Assembly (NCBI GenBank): GCA_964016885.1
Contig: OZ024765.1
Coordinates: forward strand, 6,820,001 to 6,884,000
From: Eledone cirrhosa
Lineage: Eukaryota
Reading direction: 5' to 3'
Length of the DNA stretch: 64,000 nt
Positions 16,231 through 29,400 of this stretch are shown piece after piece. The notes under the pieces were generated by a model. The model saw only the letters and a program-made list of their open reading frames with translations. It was not told the DNA's origin and did not search any database. Position 1 is the first letter of the stretch. Every line of letters begins with the position of its first letter. The translations under genes and the position numbers were made by a program.

Positions 16231-19200
16231 TCTAGATGATTGTAAGCTCTATTATGGAAGACGTATTCCTGCTAAATTTCACTTAAAAAATATCTCTTCC
16301 AGCGTGTTGGAAGGGTAGAGGGAGGTTCTGGGTGCCCCCTTGTGATGTGAGACTGATTTACGCACTTCGTGTTGAATTAATGGGGCTATTTTTTTGCTTT
16401 GATTGTATATTGATCACAGGTCCGATACTACGGACATGTGATTAGAATCAGAGCTGTCAACTCTCCCCGTCCGACAGGGAGATCTCCCACCCACTTTAGG
16501 ATGGGTAAGGGATGTCTTTTCTTGTGAAAATGTGTATAGCTTTCATTATGTAACATCAAGGGTGGTGGATTGGCAGTATAGGGCGGTGGATTGGCAGTAT
16601 TGGTAGAGAGTCGGACGCCATGCTTTCCAGCATAGTTACGTCCCTTTACGGTCTGAGTTCAAATCCCGCCGAGGTTGACTTTGCCTTTCATCCTTACGGG
16701 GTCGATAAAATAAAGTACCAGTAATGTACTGAGTAATTACTGGTCTTGTGCCAAACGTAGAAACAATTATGTAACATCTTCCCATTTTGCCTCATTTCTG
16801 ACGTTATGGGGGCACTTTTTTTCAAGATACTCCCTGTTTGGGTTTTTAGAAGTTGGCAGGTCTGTTAGAATGAAAGAAACGCTAGACAGATTTTACGGGT
16901 AAAAACCAACCAGCTAGAGACTCCGGGGTAAATCCCGAGCAAGATGGTTAGATAACATGCATGCGCTCGACTGGTCACGCTTGGGGAATCCAGCCGGATC
17001 AGTTGGAGACGGTTGCTTCTAACAGGACCCGTTGGAAGGGGTGTTTGAGGACTCTTTCCCCTCCCCACACCTCCTTCCCAGGAATATGAAAACGAAGATT
17101 GTATATTTATATGGATAGAACAGAGCTATTTAATTAAATATCTAATTAAATATATATATATATGAGTGTATGAGGGGGCCAATCTGGGCTCCTTAAATAT
17201 GACTTTATGGGGTAGTCATGAGCTTTGTAACAAATAGGACTGTATGGGGTAGATGTGGGTTCTGTAAGCAGTAGTGAAGGCAACCTGTCTATGAGAGCAG
17301 CTATTCTGAACAAATAGGTGTGTTATATTTATAAGGTTCCATGAATTCTATTTTTATGCGAAACCTCTTAATTATATCTTACTAAAGAATTCTTGTTATT
17401 ATAAATGCAAAAAAAATAAATACTAACAATAAATATGCTTTACTAAGAAAGTTACGAGGACACCAGTGCCAAGGGGTGGGGCACTAAAATGTAATAACAG
17501 ATACGGCCATTTGTTTAGCTAATAAAATGCTTAAATAACAAAAAGTAAAAGGGGGAAGGGGTTATTTTACATGTAAACATTATTTTATAAATATTATAAT
17601 AAATATGATTTACAAAAGACACAAATCAAAAGAAATTAAAGGGGTTAAAATAAAAAGAATGAAGAAAAACGAAAGAAGACCAGACATATATAATATATAC
17701 TATATATATACAAATATATTTACCATTGTAACTTATTTTAATATTTATCTCCGACGAACAAGGAAAGGTTTTGTCCGAATCATCAGACCTTTTCCTTTTA
17801 ATCAAACGACGATTGGATTTATTCCGATCAGTTTGTGAAGATATTTGGATTAAAAATCAATTATAAAAGTGAAGTAACAGATTATCACCGGTGTAACCAC
17901 TTTAGGTTACCCGTGCTGAAAATCATGTTCATATTTCAGACAGGTTGGCTAGGATAAAAACGATTTAAAACCACCCTGAGTGTAGCTAGAAGCTAATTTT
18001 ATCTCATACTTACCCTCTAAGGTTCCACTGTACTCATCAACTTTCAAAACATAACAATTTAAAAAGGATGGTCAAATTATTTTTGTAGTATTATAGAAAA
18101 ATGTTTTCACATTTTCTATGTTTCATACAATAAACGTATTAGTAGTTATAAGCATTAGAATTTATCATTTTAGGGAAAAAGGAGGTAATATGAACAAGGC
18201 AGGGGCCAGTTCAAACTACCCCCTGGAGTAAAATCTAAATTATTTCAGATAACCGGGCGGTAGTTTAAAATGTTAGGTAGTTTGAAGTATTTACACCGAT
18301 AGTAAATATTTTTCTTTAAACGGATGTTTTATAGAAAAATACATCAATACTATAACACTTGGATTAAATATATGCTTATAAATAATTATTCCTACATTTA
18401 ATTAACTTTTATAACTAATTAATGCTTTTTATTATTTTTAATTAATTAATTTATATTTCTTATTCACTGCCACACAGTCCCCCTCCGTTAGACTGTCTGA
18501 CACATGGCTCTCAAATTTCTGGTAAATTCTCCCACATTTACTAAACTTTTAACTAATTACGGCTGTTTTATTTTAATTATATTTATTTATCATTGTCCTC
18601 CACCTATTATTAACTAATTACGGCTTTTAGAAATTACTTTGTTATCCACCATCTCAATGTTACAACTCCACCACTGGCAAATAATCCGCCGATTACTAAA
18701 CTTTTAGCTAATCGAGGCTTTTTAAAAAATATTTTTAAATCAACTCTAAACCTCCTGTAATTATTTAGCAGAAAATATCTAAAAACATGTTTGTTAATTC
18801 AAATGTTTATAGTGTCTTTACTGGTGGACAGCTGTTGTGAAAATTTACAGTATTAAAGACGTTAATATTTAATGTGATGTAGTCATAGTGTTGTTTTGTA
18901 CTAAATGTTTATAGTATCTTTACTGGTGGACAGATTGTTGTGACAATTTACAGTAAATTAGAGTAAAGACTGGTTTTTAATGCGATGCAGCCATAGTATT
19001 TTGTACTAAATGTTTTATTCACGTGGTTTGTTAATTAAAATGTTTATAGTAGCTTCACTGATTGACAGATTTAGATAAAAGAATAAACTAAGGGAATAGA
19101 TTTGGCAGCCTCCTTCTAATACCATCTGAGGCAAGTTAACACACTGGCAGTCTTACTGCGGGTGAACACATCGTTATGAAAATTTATAGTATTAAAGACA

Positions 19201-19821
19201 TTAATTTTTAACGTGGTGCAGTAATAGTGTTGTAGTTTTATTCTTTTTAAAAATGTTTTGTTTATGTGGCTTGTTAATTCAAATGTTTGTAGTATCTTAA
19301 CTAGTGGACAGATCGTGAAAATATGCAGCATGATGCCTTCCTCGCCCACCTCAACTAAAGTATACCAACATGTTTTAACACCAGGTATCAAGAATCTTGT
19401 AAAACAAAAACAGAAATGTAGAAAAAATTGTAATATTTAACCCTTTAGCATTTGCATTACTCTATATTTACTATTATATTTTCATGGTAAAGGTTTTATC
19501 TTAGATAATATCGAATCTATGAGATTTTGATGTTATTTATTTTGAGAACAATACCATAACTTCAGTATGAGTGGCCAGTTTCAACAGAAAGAGGTGAGAA
19601 AATTCTGGCTGGATATGGCCAGTTTAAATGCTAAAGCGTTAATGTAATGCAGTCATAGTGCTGTTTTGTACTTCTACAATGTCTTGCTAATGTGGTTTTT
19701 TGGAAATTTTAGTATGTATATATGTTTGTGTGTATATATATATAACAAAGGAAGTGCGGTAATGAACCAGATGGACCATAACGCACCAGAGTACTCAATA
19801 CTTAGGGTAGTAGAGTGGGTA

Positions 19822-19947
19822 ATAGGAAAAAGTTTAACCCCGACAGCAGAGCTCAAGCCGTTTCGACGACTATTTCTGGACTACTTAGTCCAGAAATAGC
19901 CGTCGAAACGGCTTGAGCTCTGCCGTCGGGGTTAAACTTTTTCCTAT
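19822..19947. repeat. Near-perfect 62-bp-arm palindrome within a dispersed element (19744-19947; second copy 63637-63828)
   Basis: Arms 19822-19883 and 19886-19947 with 2 mismatches. Confidence 0.9.
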
Positions 19948-20370
19948 ATATATATATGTATACAGTTGTCCCTGGTATTCGCAGGGGTTACGTTCCTAGA
20001 GAACCCACAATGAGTGAAAAACCTCGAATATTGGACATGGACCATAAAAATACCTATAAATGTCAAAATATAATAAAACAAGAGGAAGCATCTTATGCGA
20101 AGGATGGAGGCGTCCAATAGGCTGGCAAATATGGTATATTATTATTAATTTAGCGTTAAAAAAAATATATATTGCCACGAAAAATGGCATAAAAAAAATT
20201 GCAGAAGATATGATTCTGCGAATATGCGGTCGTTTCCATGAACAATTATTAGGTTCTAAGGAAAATACCGTAAATAAAATGGCCGCTAATGCCAGGGAAA
20301 CACTGTATTTTAATGAATTTCTTATTCCTTACCACACAGTTCTTAACGCCAACCAATTTATATTGAGAAA

Positions 20371-20443
20371 ATGACGAACCATAAAGAAGAGCAGAGAGAT
20401 GAAATAGAAGCGTTGGAAGCAATTTACCCAAATGAAATCAAAG
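20371..20443 (+). CDS. RWDD1: RWDD1 coding exon 1
   Basis: MTNHKEEQRDEIEALEAIYPNEIK, GTATTT donor; an upstream acceptor at 20338-20339 implies a 5'UTR intron. Confidence 0.93.
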
Positions 20444-23400
20444 GTATTTCTTCTCTTTCTACTTCCTCCTCCTCTTCTTCTTCTCCTCCTTCCATGCTAG
20501 CTTGTCACATTATGAGACAAGTCAGGTTCAGAGACCATGTCTTGCTCAGACAGATCTGTATTTTGGCTTGGTTTCTGTGGTTGGATGCCCTTCCTAGTGC
20601 CAACCACATTTACAGACAATGTGTATCATCATCATCATCATCATCATCATTTCATTTTACGTCCGCTTTTCCCTGCTTGCAAGGGTGGGACGGGAACTGA
20701 TTCTGGCTTGATTTCTACAGCTGGATGCCCTTCCTAACACCAACTTCATTTACAGTGAGTGCTGGGTGCTTTTTTTTTGCCGTGGCACCTCCACGACCAG
20801 TTTGCAGTGGAATGATATGGACCCCAGTCTCTATTATCTCATTTCTACAGCTGAGTAAACTGGAGCAATGTGAAATAAAGTGTCTTGCTCAAGGAAACAA
20901 CACACCACCCGGTCTGAGAATTGAACTCACAACCTTTCGATTGCAAGGCCAATGCTCTAACCACTAAGCCATGTGCCTCCATGTCTATATATATATCATC
21001 ATCACCATTTAACGTCCATTTTCCATGCTAGCACGGGTTAGATGGATTGTCCCATTTGAGGCAAATCATGTCAGGTGACCATGTCTTGTTTACAGAGAAC
21101 TGTTTCTGGCTCGGTTTCTATAGCTGGATGCCTTTCCTAATGCCAACTGCATTTACAGTGTGCTATGGGTGATTTTTGGTCATGACACCTACACGACCAC
21201 GTTGTAGTGTGGACTGGGATGTATATATATATCATCATCATCCTCTAACGTTAATTTTTCCACGTTTGCATGGGTTTGACAAATTGTCCCAATGGGAAGA
21301 CTCTTCAGTTGTGTCATAGACATGACAACCTCTCCTGAACACTCAATTGAATATAAAACCGTACATAAACAAGATGCAGATCTCTGGCCTTTCTGGGAGG
21401 TCAGTAGCCCTGCTTCATTATTGACTTGGTCTATGTTGACCCGTCCAACCCTTGCTAGGAGAGAAAACAGACTAAAAATGATGATAATGATATGATATTG
21501 ATAAGGAACCTAGAAGTCTACTCCTATCTCCTATCTTCTAACAATTGTCTCCAACATTACCACAAGGTCAGTCATTTTGGGGGAAGGGGAAAGTCAATTT
21601 AATCGATCCCTACTACTTGACATTTATTTTATTTTATTGACCCCGGAAAGATGAAAGACAAAGTTGTCAAGCTCTGATATGTGTTTGTTTTACACAATAT
21701 TTTCTTTACAGTTTTGGAGACAGAACCAAATTATATATTTGCGATAGAACTTTCTGTCCAAGAAATTGAAGAGGAATCAGAAGATTTAAGTATGTACTAT
21801 GATTTTTTTTATTTGTTAAAAATTACAGGGTGGACTGGGTGGTTTTTGTCATTTTACTTGCATAACAACCTTACATGGTGAACTGAGTGATATTTTTCTT
21901 GTATCACCGGTATGACCACCTTACATATAATCCCAATGTGCACTTGAATGAACAGTATCAACCTTAATACACCGAAACTGTAGTGATTTCCAGAGGTTGA
22001 CTGAGAAGATGGTACCGTGCATCTTTCCATTGTTTTTTCATTGTCTTTGTCCTGTACACCCTCTAAAATTTACCTCAAAGGATAGAAATCAGTGTGTTGC
22101 CTTGTATAAGTGATAGGAAGAAATGAGAAAGGGATAAAATAAATGAGAGGGGATCTCACAAACATTAAATTTTCATCAGCGGTCTAAAAACTGATGAGAA
22201 AATTTAATATTGCGCTGAGTTCTTCCAATTACTCTATGAATTCTTAAACAGTCGCATTTCAAACTTGATATTTGAGATACATTTGTTTAAAAAAATATCA
22301 GGTGTTCAAGATTGCGAGGCAGTGTGTCAGAGAGAATTGTGATGTCATTGGGGAGAAGTGTATCCGGAATGATAATGGTGAGCTTGCCCTCACAAGTGCC
22401 GAGAAGAAAGCTGCGTGGAAGAACCATTATGAAAGATTACTAAATGAGGAGAATGCATGGGGAAAAGACACCCTACCCCAAGCAGACTCTATAGAGAGGC
22501 CAGCAGTACAAGTCAGCAGCAGCGTAGTAAGGCAGGCAATCAAAGCTATGAAGACAGGGAAGGCAACCGGTCCATCGGGTATAGCTGCCGAGATGCTGAA
22601 GGCATCGGGGTCAGTAGGTCACACCATAACCACACAAATTGTTAACCAGGTAATACTAGAGGGTATCATACCAAAGGATTGGTGCAGCAGCATCATTGTC
22701 AACTACTACAAAGGTAAAGGTGATGCACTAGATAGAGGACAGTTGATTAGGGACCGGGTAAAACTAGATGAGATGCAATTTGGGTTTGTACCAGGAAAAG
22801 ACATCACTGATGCCCTCTTCCTTGTGAGGTAGTTGCAGGAAAAGTACCCAGCTAAAAGTAAGCCGTTCTACCTGGCATTTGTTGATCTGGAAAAAAGCCT
22901 TCGACAGAGTCCCCCGTATATAATCTGGTGGGCTCTTAGAAAATTAGGAGTAGATGAATGGCTTGTGAAAGCTGTACAAGCCATGTATAGAGGAGCAGTT
23001 AGCAATGACTATAGTGAGGCATTTAGCATACAATTTGGTGTCCACCAAGGCTCTGTTCTTAGCCCTCTCCTGTTCATTTTAGTTTTGCAGGCAATAACAG
23101 AGGAGTTTTAGACAGGATGTCCATGGGAACTCCTGTATGCGGATGATCTCGCACTTATAGCTGAATCTATGGTAGAACTAGAGAACAAATTCCAAACATG
23201 GAAGCAGGTACTAGAAAGAAAGGGTCTCAAAGTCAACCTGACAAAAACTAAGGTTCTTGTAAGTAGACGAGAAAACAGAACCCAGATCCCCTCAGGGAAA
23301 TGGCCTTGCTCAGTATGTAGGAAAGGTGTAGGTAGGAACTCCATCCTCTGCCCCAAATGCAAACAATGGGTACACAAGAGATGTAGTGGGATCTCAGGAA

Positions 23401-26400
23401 GTTTAACTAAGAATGTAGGCTTCACATGCAGCAGCTGTACTGGGACAGCAAGCAGCAAACAGCCACAGGAAACAAGCACCACCAAACTCTGTAGAAACAG
23501 TAGACAGCTTCTGCTACCTAGGTGACCGGAGGTGGGTGTTCAGAAAGTACAATAACTAGGGTAAGAACGGAATAGAAGAAGTTCATGGCGCTACTGCCAC
23601 TGCTAGCTGCAAAAGGCTTTTCCCTCAAAATGAAAGGCAGACTGTATGATGCGTGTATCCGAACAACAATGTTACATGGAAGTGAAACCTGGGCGCTCTC
23701 TGTAGAAGACTTACGTAGATTAGAAAGAAACGAAGCCTGCATGCTCCGATGGATGTGTAATAGTAATATACGCGAACGGCAAAGTATAAACGAATTGAGA
23801 GACTGAGCATAAGAGGAATCAAATGCTGTGTGCAGGAGAGGAGGTTACGTTGGTATGGACATGTGATGCGTATGAAGGATGACAGCTGCATAAAAAGGTG
23901 CAGAGCACTAGAAGTCGATGGAAGCTGCGGAGTGGGGAGACCCAAGAAGACCTGGGATGAGGTGATAAAGCCGACCATACCCAATTACACCTCTCAAGGG
24001 CAATGACATACGACCGTGATCTCTGGCATCATGCAGTAATACAGAAGACCCGACCCCCCACAGGAACAAGCCGAAGCTGAAGCATATAGACAGTAAGCCC
24101 CCCCACCCCCACCCCCCCACCCCCTGCAAAGTTGTCGTGGAGGTGCCACGGCAAAAAAAGCACCCAGCTCACACTGTAAAGTGGACGCATAGGCGCCACA
24201 GAAAAAAAGCACCCAGCTCACACTGTAAAGTGGACACGTAGGCGCCACAGAAAAAAGCACCCAGCTCACACTGTAAAGTGGACGCATAGGCGCCACAGAA
24301 AAAAAGCACCCAGCTCACACTGTAAAGTGGACGTGTAGGCGCCACAGAAAAAAGCACCCAGCACTCACTGTAAATGAGGTTAGTGTTAGGAAGGGCATCC
24401 AGCTGTAGAAATCAAGCCAGAGTCAGTTCCCGTATGAGCAAGACAAGGTCTGCCGACTGGACACTGCCCACAACAGGACAACCCGTCTAACCCATGCTAG
24501 CGTGAAAGAACAGACGTAAAACGGTGATGGTGATGATGATATTATTGATGTTCGATAAACTGTAAATCTATAAATGTTGTGTTTCAGTTACAATCACAGT
24601 TCAGTTCACATTGGATGATGATTATCCTGATTCTGTCCCTGTCATGGAAATCCTGGATTACCAAAACTTAGATGACATCAAAGTAAATGGCATTTTAGAA
24701 GTCATGAATGAAGTGGTAATTATATTATATTATATCATACTGTTTTATATTATATCATACTATTTTATATTATAGAGGTAAAATTCCATTATAACGAAAT
24801 TTTTTCAATCCCAGAGGTGATAACAAACGAACTTTTGATTTGTTTTGGTTGATCTTATAAGGAATTTCGTTATAACAGAATTTCACTCTACTAGAATTTT
24901 TTTTAGACACGCTGACGTGTTTGTGTATATGTGTGTGTGTATGTGTATGTGCATACATTTATATGTATGCTTATATAAATATAAACGTGTAAACACAGAC
25001 ACGCTTACAAAAATACACACTCACAGACATACATTCACACACACATACATACATTCACACAAACAAACACACATACATACATTCACATAAACACACACAC
25101 ATACATACATTCACATAAACACCCATACATTCACACAAACAAACACATACATACATTTACACAAACAAACACATACATGCATTCACAGAAACACATACAT
25201 TCACAGAAACACATACATGCATTCACAGAAACACATACATTCACAGAAACACATACATGCATTCACAGAAACACATACATTCACAGAAACACATACATGC
25301 ATTCACACAAACACACATACATGCATTCACAGAAACACATACATGCATTCACAGAAACACATACATTCACAGAAACACATACATGCATTCACAGAAACAC
25401 ATACATTCACAGAAACACATACATGCATTCACACAAACACACATACATTCACAGAAACACATACATTCACAGAAACACATACATGCATTCACACAAACAC
25501 ACATACATTCACAGAAACAAACACACATACACACATTCACACAAACAAACACATACATACATTCACACAAGCACACACATGCATTCACAGAGACACACAC
25601 TCACACACCGCGTAGCAAATGAAATGCCAACTGCCATTTTGTTATAGTTTTTTTCACCATCCCCTTCCTTCCATTTATACACACATACACAAACACACAC
25701 ATTGTGTGATGGACGGAAATCGCTCAAATTTATTTATAGACTTATTGATGACAATAGTAAATATAGAGTAATTGTTTCTACTTTTGGCACAAGGCCAGCA
25801 ATACCCAGTGCATTACTGGTACTTTATTTTATCGACCCCGTAAGGATGAAAGGCAAAGTTAAAATAATTGTTTCTACTTTTGGCACAAGGCCAGCAATTA
25901 CCCAGTGCATTACTTGTACTTTATTTTATCGACCCCGTAAGGATGAAAGGCAAAGTTAACCTCGGCGGGATTTGAACTCAGAATGGCAAGGGCCGTAACT
26001 CTATGTGTCAAAGCATGGCGTCCCACCCTCTACCGATACTGCCAATCCACCGCAGTAAATATAGTAAATATAGAGTAATGTAAATGCTAAAGGGTTATAT
26101 AGTTAGAAAATATAATGAGCTTTTCTGTATCATCCATTTAAGGCCCAGGAGACCCTTGGTATGGTCATGGTGTTCACCATTGTGTCAGCTATCCAGGAGA
26201 AGATCAATGACATTATTGAACAGAACAGGGAGGAACGAGAGAAGGAAAGACTACGAAAACAGAAGGAACAGGAAGAGTCTGAACAGGTATGTTTGTCTCT
26301 TGCCAGCCCCTGTAGAGTGGGTGGCGATGTAACTGGGTCGGGAGGTCCCTTTGGTTATGTCAGACACCCAGTACGTTCTGTAAAGTGGCTGATGATGGAG

Positions 26401-29400
26401 CTGGGTTGAGAGGATCCTTTGGTTATGCCAAGCATCCAGTACGCTCTGTAAAGTAGCTGACAATGGAACTGGGTCAAGAGGACCCATTGGTTATATCTCA
26501 GGCACCCAGTATGCTCTGTAAAGAGATGCTTTGGTTATGCCAGGCACGCAGTACGCTCTGTAAAGAGACCCTTTGGTTATGCCAGGCACGCAGTACGCTC
26601 TGTAAAGAGACCCTTTGGTTATGCCAAGCATCCAGTACGCTCTGTAAAGAGACCCTTTGGTTGTGTCAGGCACCCAGTACGCTCTGTAAAGTGGCAGATG
26701 ATGGAACTGGCTCAACATAGGGTAGACAGCTCCCTTTGTTCTTGTCGAGAACTTGACAACCCAGTCCACTCTGTAAAGTGGTAGTAGTGGTGCCATAATA
26801 AAATACACCCAGTCCACTCTGTAAAGTGGTAGTACTGGTGCCATAATAAAATACACCCAGTACACTCTGTTAAGTGGAAGTACTGGTGCCACAATAAAAT
26901 ACACCCAGTACATGGAGGCACATGGCTTAGTGGTTAGAGCATTGGCCTTGCAATCGAAAGGTTGTGAGTTCCATTCTCAGACCGGGTGATGTGTTGTTTC
27001 CTTGAGCAAGACACTTTATTTCACATTGCTCCAGTTTACTCAGCTGTAGAAATGAGATAATAGAGACTGGGGTCCATATCATTCCACTGCAAACTGGTCG
27101 TGGAGGTGCCACGGCAAAAAAAAAAGCACCCAGCACTCACTGTAAATGAAGTTGGTGTTAAGAAGGGCATCCAGCTGTAGAAATCAAGCCAGAATCAGTT
27201 CCCGTCCCACCCTTGCAAGCAGGGAAAAGCGGACGTAAAATTATGATACACTCTGTAAAGTGGTTGTACTGGTGTCACAATAAAATACACCCAGTACACT
27301 CTGTAAAGTGGTAGTATGGTGCCACAATAAAATGCATCCAGTACACTCTGTAAAGTGGTAGTACTGGTGTCACAATAAAATGCACCCAGTACACTCTGTA
27401 TTTAAACTCAGAGAGCAGAGAGACAGAACGAGTACTGCAAAGTATTCTATCCAACATTTTAATGTCTCTGCCAAGTCATACACCCATTCTGGACCTATAT
27501 AAGAAGTTTTCATCTCAGATTTTAATTTTTTTTTTATTTCAGAAAACCTTTGAAGGTACAAAAGTTACCGTTGAAACGTTTTTGGCCTGGAAAGCCAAAT
27601 TTGACTTAGAAATGAAAGACAAACGACGACATATATATGAAATAAATCAATCAAATACTAAATTAACAGGTTTGTATAGATTGATTCCTTTACTGTTATT
27701 AATGTTTAGCAACTTTTTTACTAGGCTTCCAGGCTTGAGGCTGCGGTCATGCTGTAGCACCACCTTGAAGGGATTTGATCGATTGTATCAACCATAGTAC
27801 TTATGTGTACAGTTATATTTTGAGTTCAAAATTTTTACATTTACTAAGAATATATATATGTATGGAGGCACATGGCTTAGTGGTTAGAGCATTGGCCTTG
27901 CAATCGAAAGGTTGTGAGTTCAATTCTCAGACCGGGTGATGTGTTGTGTCCTTGAGCAAGACACTTTATTTCACATTGCTCCAGTTCACTCAGCTGTAGA
28001 AATGAGATGATAGGGAATGGGGTCTCTATCATTCCACTGTAAAGTGGTCGTGGAGGTGCCACGGCAAAAAAGCACCCAGCACTCACTGTAAATGAGGTTG
28101 GTGTTAGGAAGGGCATCCAGCTGTAGAAATCAAGCCAGAATCAGTTCCCGTCCCACCCTTGCAAGCAGGGAAAAGCGGACGTAAAATGAAATGATGATGA
28201 TGATGATGATGAAAAGGTAAACAGAAATAACAACACAATCGGTACAGTATATGGAAGGGATATATTAGGTTAACGCTTGATATAGCAGGAAGAGGGTCTT
28301 AACGTTTCGGACGCTAGTCTGTCATCAGAAGAAAGAATGAGAAATAAGATAGATTGGGGCGACGGGCGGGATGGAATTGGATAAAATGTCTCTAGATAGA
28401 AATAACAGGTCTATTTATATAACCTTTTTGTATCTCCTTATTTTGTTGAATGTATAGTTTGTGCCTTCAGTCAGTTCTCTTGATGTTACACTATAACTAT
28501 GGTGTTTAATCCTGGACTTGTTTGTTTTTAACTTTCACTCCATTGAGTGCTTTGTGATTGCCTCAAACAAATCGAATAGTACTTGCTGTACTGCAGCTAA
28601 AGTTCGATTTACAAATATTATATATGTATATTTATATCATCATCATCATCATCATCATACGTCCGCTTTTCCTTGCTTGCAACACAGCATCTCTATTCAA
28701 CACAGCATCTCTCCACTTGTCGCAGTCTTTCGTCATCTCCTCAGTGAGCTTCAGCGATCTGAGGTCTGCTCTCACCACCTCCGCCCATGTTTTTCGTGGT
28801 CTTCCTCTACTACGTCTTCCTTCTACTGGCATTTCTTGGCACTTCTTCACCCATCGGTCATCCTCCATGCACATCACATGTCCATACCATTGAAGTCTCC
28901 TCTCTCGCACACTACAATTTATCCCTCTCAGACACAGTTTCTCTCTCAACACATTCATGCTCGGTCGTTCACACACATTGACATTGCACATCCAACGGAG
29001 CATGCTTGCCTCATTTCTCTCCATATATATATTTATGAAAAAAAGAGTCCAACGTGGCTAAAATCATACAAAATGAATAAAAAATGTGTGTGAAGGGAAA
29101 AACAAAAAACAACTTAAAGCTACAGAACAACACATCTCCAGCAATCAACTGTTGAGATGGGGCTGCCTGTTCTTCATTCGATTTTCCGTTGTCTTCGCCC
29201 ACATTTTTTATTCATTGGTGGATTGGCAGTATCGGTAGGCGTCGGACGCCATGTTTTGACGTATGGAGTTACGCCCCTTGCAATTCTGAGTTCAAATCCC
29301 GCCGAGGTTTATTTTGCCTATCATCTTTACGGGGTCGATAAAATAAAGTACCAGTAATGCACTGGATAATTGCTGGCCTTGTGCCAAATGTAGAAACAAT

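Noticed and set aside
22191-22230. Other CTGATGA cores (22191, 39972, 52538)
   Set aside because: I could not build all three hammerhead stems; at most decayed relics
22272-23806. Active reverse transcriptase gene
   Set aside because: 5'-truncated with no endonuclease domain, in-frame stops at about 22830 and 23109, and several frameshifts
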